A model generated the notes under the pieces. That model was not told the DNA's origin. It ran no database searches and saw nothing but the letters and a program-made list of their open reading frames with translations. From IMG/VR virus record IMGVR_UViG_3300045988_166572, positions 1 to 43,718 of that record: a stretch of 43,718 bases of DNA. The stretch is one strand, 5' to 3'. The stretch comes from a virus. Below are positions 42,110 through 43,718 of this stretch, piece by piece; positions within the stretch are counted from its first letter, which is position 1; each line of letters opens with the position of its first letter. The position numbers and the translations under genes are program-made.

Positions 42110-42679
42110 ATGAAGGTAAAAAGAACAGTAACAATGAAAGTTAACAATTTTGAAATTGGTGATCAGATCACGGTAAAGCTTAAGGATTTAGGGAAATTCA
42201 CTGCCACGGCGCAGAGAGTATATGCGGACGGTACAACATTGTTTTTATTTGATAACTGCGTTGCAGAACACGAAATGAATGAGAGCGGCTCAAATGCCGG
42301 AGGTTTTTATAAATCCGACTTATGCAAGTGGATGAATACGGAATTGGTGAAGTCTTTTCCTACCAAACTTCTTGACCGAATGATTTATACAGATAAGGAA
42401 CACGAATGTCTGCTTCGGATTCCTACAAGAAAGGAGATGTTCGGAGAAGATAAATATAGCCAAAATTACGAACCGGATTTAGGCGAACAATTTGAACTTA
42501 TGAAAGACAGAAAAAATCGAGTATGTTCACTTCCTGACGATGAATACGCATGGTACTGGTTGATGAATGCACATATCCGGTCGTCGTCCTTCTTTGCCGG
42601 TGTAGGCAACTATGGCCTTGCGGCCAGCACCGGCGCTTCCCCCTCTCGCGGGGTTCGCCCAGCTTTTCTGATCCGGTAA
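42110..42679 (+). CDS. DUF6273-like hypothetical protein
   Basis: ATG after AGGAGGAAAAG. The WYWLMN...GVRPAFLI C-terminal pattern recalls DUF6273. Confidence 0.65.
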   Translation: MKVKRTVTMKVNNFEIGDQITVKLKDLGKFTATAQRVYADGTTLFLFDNCVAEHEMNESGSNAGGFYKSDLCKWMNTELVKSFPTKLLDRMIYTDKEHECLLRIPTRKEMFGEDKYSQNYEPDLGEQFELMKDRKNRVCSLPDDEYAWYWLMNAHIRSSSFFAGVGNYGLAASTGASPSRGVRPAFLIR

Positions 42680-42751
42680 TCACTAATCCACGCCCCGTGT
42701 GGGCGTGGGAATGAGAAACAGGAAGTAAATTAGAATTTAAAGGTAAAAAAC

Positions 42752-42892
42752 ATGGCATGGTACGCACTTTATAAATGGTATAAAGATTGGAGCAGAATAG
42801 GATACCCTAATATGATTAGTTGGTATTCTGAAAAGCTGAATCCACCAATGTTTACAATATTAGAATTAAGAGAAAGGATAAAAACAATATGA
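42752..42892 (+). CDS. 46-aa Trp/Tyr-rich ORF (MAWYALYKWYKDWSRIGYPNMISWYSEKLNPPMFTILELRERIKTI)
   Basis: Hand translation. Its stop overlaps the ATG of the next gene (ATATGA). Weak SD. Confidence 0.35.
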   Translation: MAWYALYKWYKDWSRIGYPNMISWYSEKLNPPMFTILELRERIKTI

Positions 42893-43137
42893 AAGCGAAA
42901 GAATTTGCAAATAAATTCGGCGTTTCGGTAGAAGAGATGTGCAGGATAACAGAACTGTCACGTCAGGGTTTAAATGATATTGTGAGCGGAAAAAGTCCAA
43001 AGCCAAGTAAGGCGAAGCGAATTGCTTTACATAATTTGAGAGATTATGCAGCAATCTGCCGTGCACAGGATATTAAGAAAGCCAATGAAGATTATGAAAA
43101 CAGAATGAAAATGGCTGAAATATTTTATGTAAATTAA
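42889..43137 (+). CDS. Small HTH-like protein
   Basis: FANKFGVSVEEMCRITELSRQGLNDIVSGK, 82 aa. Confidence 0.6.
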   Translation: MKAKEFANKFGVSVEEMCRITELSRQGLNDIVSGKSPKPSKAKRIALHNLRDYAAICRAQDIKKANEDYENRMKMAEIFYVN

Positions 43138-43156
43138 AGTTTAGGAGGAACGGAAT

Positions 43157-43718
43157 ATGGAAAAAACAAAAATAGATTGGTGTGATAGTTCATGGAATCC
43201 GGTTACCGGATGTCTTCACAGCTGTAAATATTGCTACGCAAGAAGCATTGCAAATAGATTTTCTGGTGGTGGAGAGAAATGGACGGATGATGCGCTGATA
43301 GAACTGAATGATCGTATTTATTTCGATGAATCAGAGAAGGCTGAAGCGTATCCATATGGATTTAAGCCCACACTACATAGATACAGGCTCAATGAATACG
43401 AAAAAAAGGGTGGAAGGAATATTTTTGTATGCTCTATGGCAGATCTTTTTGGTCATTGGATTCCTGATTCTTGGATTGAGGAAGTTTTTTCTGCCTGTGC
43501 AAAAGCACCGCAACATAATTATCTTTTCCTGACAAAGAACCCGGAAAGATTCGTTGATTTACAGAATAATGGAAAGCTGATTGAAGCTGACAATATGTGG
43601 TATGGTGCAAGTGCAACAAACGAAGATCAGCTTGAACTTGCAGCGAAAGCATTTTCAGACCTGAATTGCCAAACAAAGACTTTTTTAAGCATTGAACCGA
43701 TACTTGAAGACATTACTG
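43157..43718 (+). CDS. N-terminal part of DUF5131 (phage Gp37/Gp68 family) protein; continues at base 56
   Basis: ATG 43157 after AGGAGGAAC. MEKTKIDWCDSSWNPVTGCLHSCKYCYARS with CxxxCxxC. Open to the window end, in frame with 55..282. Not in the ORF track because it has no stop within the window. Confidence 0.85.
   Translation, partial: MEKTKIDWCDSSWNPVTGCLHSCKYCYARSIANRFSGGGEKWTDDALIELNDRIYFDESEKAEAYPYGFKPTLHRYRLNEYEKKGGRNIFVCSMADLFGHWIPDSWIEEVFSACAKAPQHNYLFLTKNPERFVDLQNNGKLIEADNMWYGASATNEDQLELAAKAFSDLNCQTKTFLSIEPILEDIT
43664..43718. repeat. Terminal duplicate, copy 2 (exact 55-bp overlap with 1-55)
   Basis: Identical to bases 1-55. Confidence 0.98.

Larger units (their letters stand above)
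1..43718. mobile_element. Complete circular temperate phage genome (unique length 43,663 bp); PBSX/Xkd-like contractile-tail morphogenesis module, serine-integrase lysogeny module; host probably a low-GC Firmicutes/Clostridia-type bacterium
   Basis: Bases 1-55 are identical to 43664-43718, closing a circle. Full terminase-to-lysis, integrase/repressor, recombination and replication gene sets are present with no host genes. Strong GGAGG ribosome-binding sites and frequent TTG/GTG starts. Confidence 0.9.

Noticed and set aside
43308-43532. 74-aa + strand ORF from the track near the window end
   Set aside because: It is out of frame with, and wholly inside, the DUF5131 gene that starts at 43157. 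The DUF5131 frame gives a recognisable family sequence and continues across the circular junction.
1-43718. Searched for tRNA/rRNA genes, CRISPR repeats, reverse transcriptase/DGR template-variable repeats, introns/inteins and stop-codon reassignment
   Set aside because: Intergenic gaps (1195-1345, 8475-8676, 26008-26220, 30790-30941, 35170-35281) show no T-loop/acceptor-stem pattern and no regularly spaced repeats. No RT-like ORF exists. All large genes are uninterrupted under the standard code, so recoding is unnecessary.

Overview
The window is one complete, circularly closed temperate phage genome. Bases 1-55 repeat exactly at 43664-43718 (assembly overlap), so the unique length is 43,663 bp, and the DUF5131 gene starting at 43157 continues at base 56. 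All functional calls come from reading motifs in the supplied translations; no database search was run.

Layout:
- + strand, 0-26 kb: accessory genes and a sigma-like late regulator, small and large terminase, and portal. Then a MuF (SPP1 gp7-like) head protein with a C-terminal toxin-like domain plus a small downstream ORF, followed by scaffold, major capsid and connectors. Next comes a PBSX/Xkd-like contractile tail (sheath, tube, -1 frameshifted chaperone, tape measure, LysM protein, baseplate, fibre). The block ends with a lysis cassette of several small membrane proteins and a GH73 + PG_binding endolysin.
- Minus strand, 26.2-29.8 kb (lysogeny block): a large serine recombinase, a 50-bp inverted-repeat attP candidate, an AT-rich two-gene cassette and an ImmA-like/XRE repressor pair. 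This block faces a cro-like early operon across an operator-rich region.
- + strand, 30-43 kb (early genes): Gp157, a Rad52-type annealase, HNH, RusA, a DUF4373 replication organiser, a PAPS-reductase-like protein, an SNF2-helicase/N-methyltransferase fusion and a C5 cytosine methyltransferase.

Main leads:
1. A RexA/RexB-like soluble-protein + four-helix-membrane-protein cassette co-oriented with the repressor (27750-29058).
2. An AT-rich moron between terL and portal encoding a nucleoside-deoxyribosyltransferase/TIR-like + IF2_N-like protein, with its own promoter and terminator.
3. A second moron between tail tube and chaperone whose ribosome-binding site is sequestered by a hairpin that carries its own -10 box.
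4. A MuF polymorphic-toxin-like protein with a RelA/SpoT-like C-terminus and a putative immunity gene.

No rRNA, tRNA, CRISPR array, reverse transcriptase/DGR or stop-codon recoding was seen.
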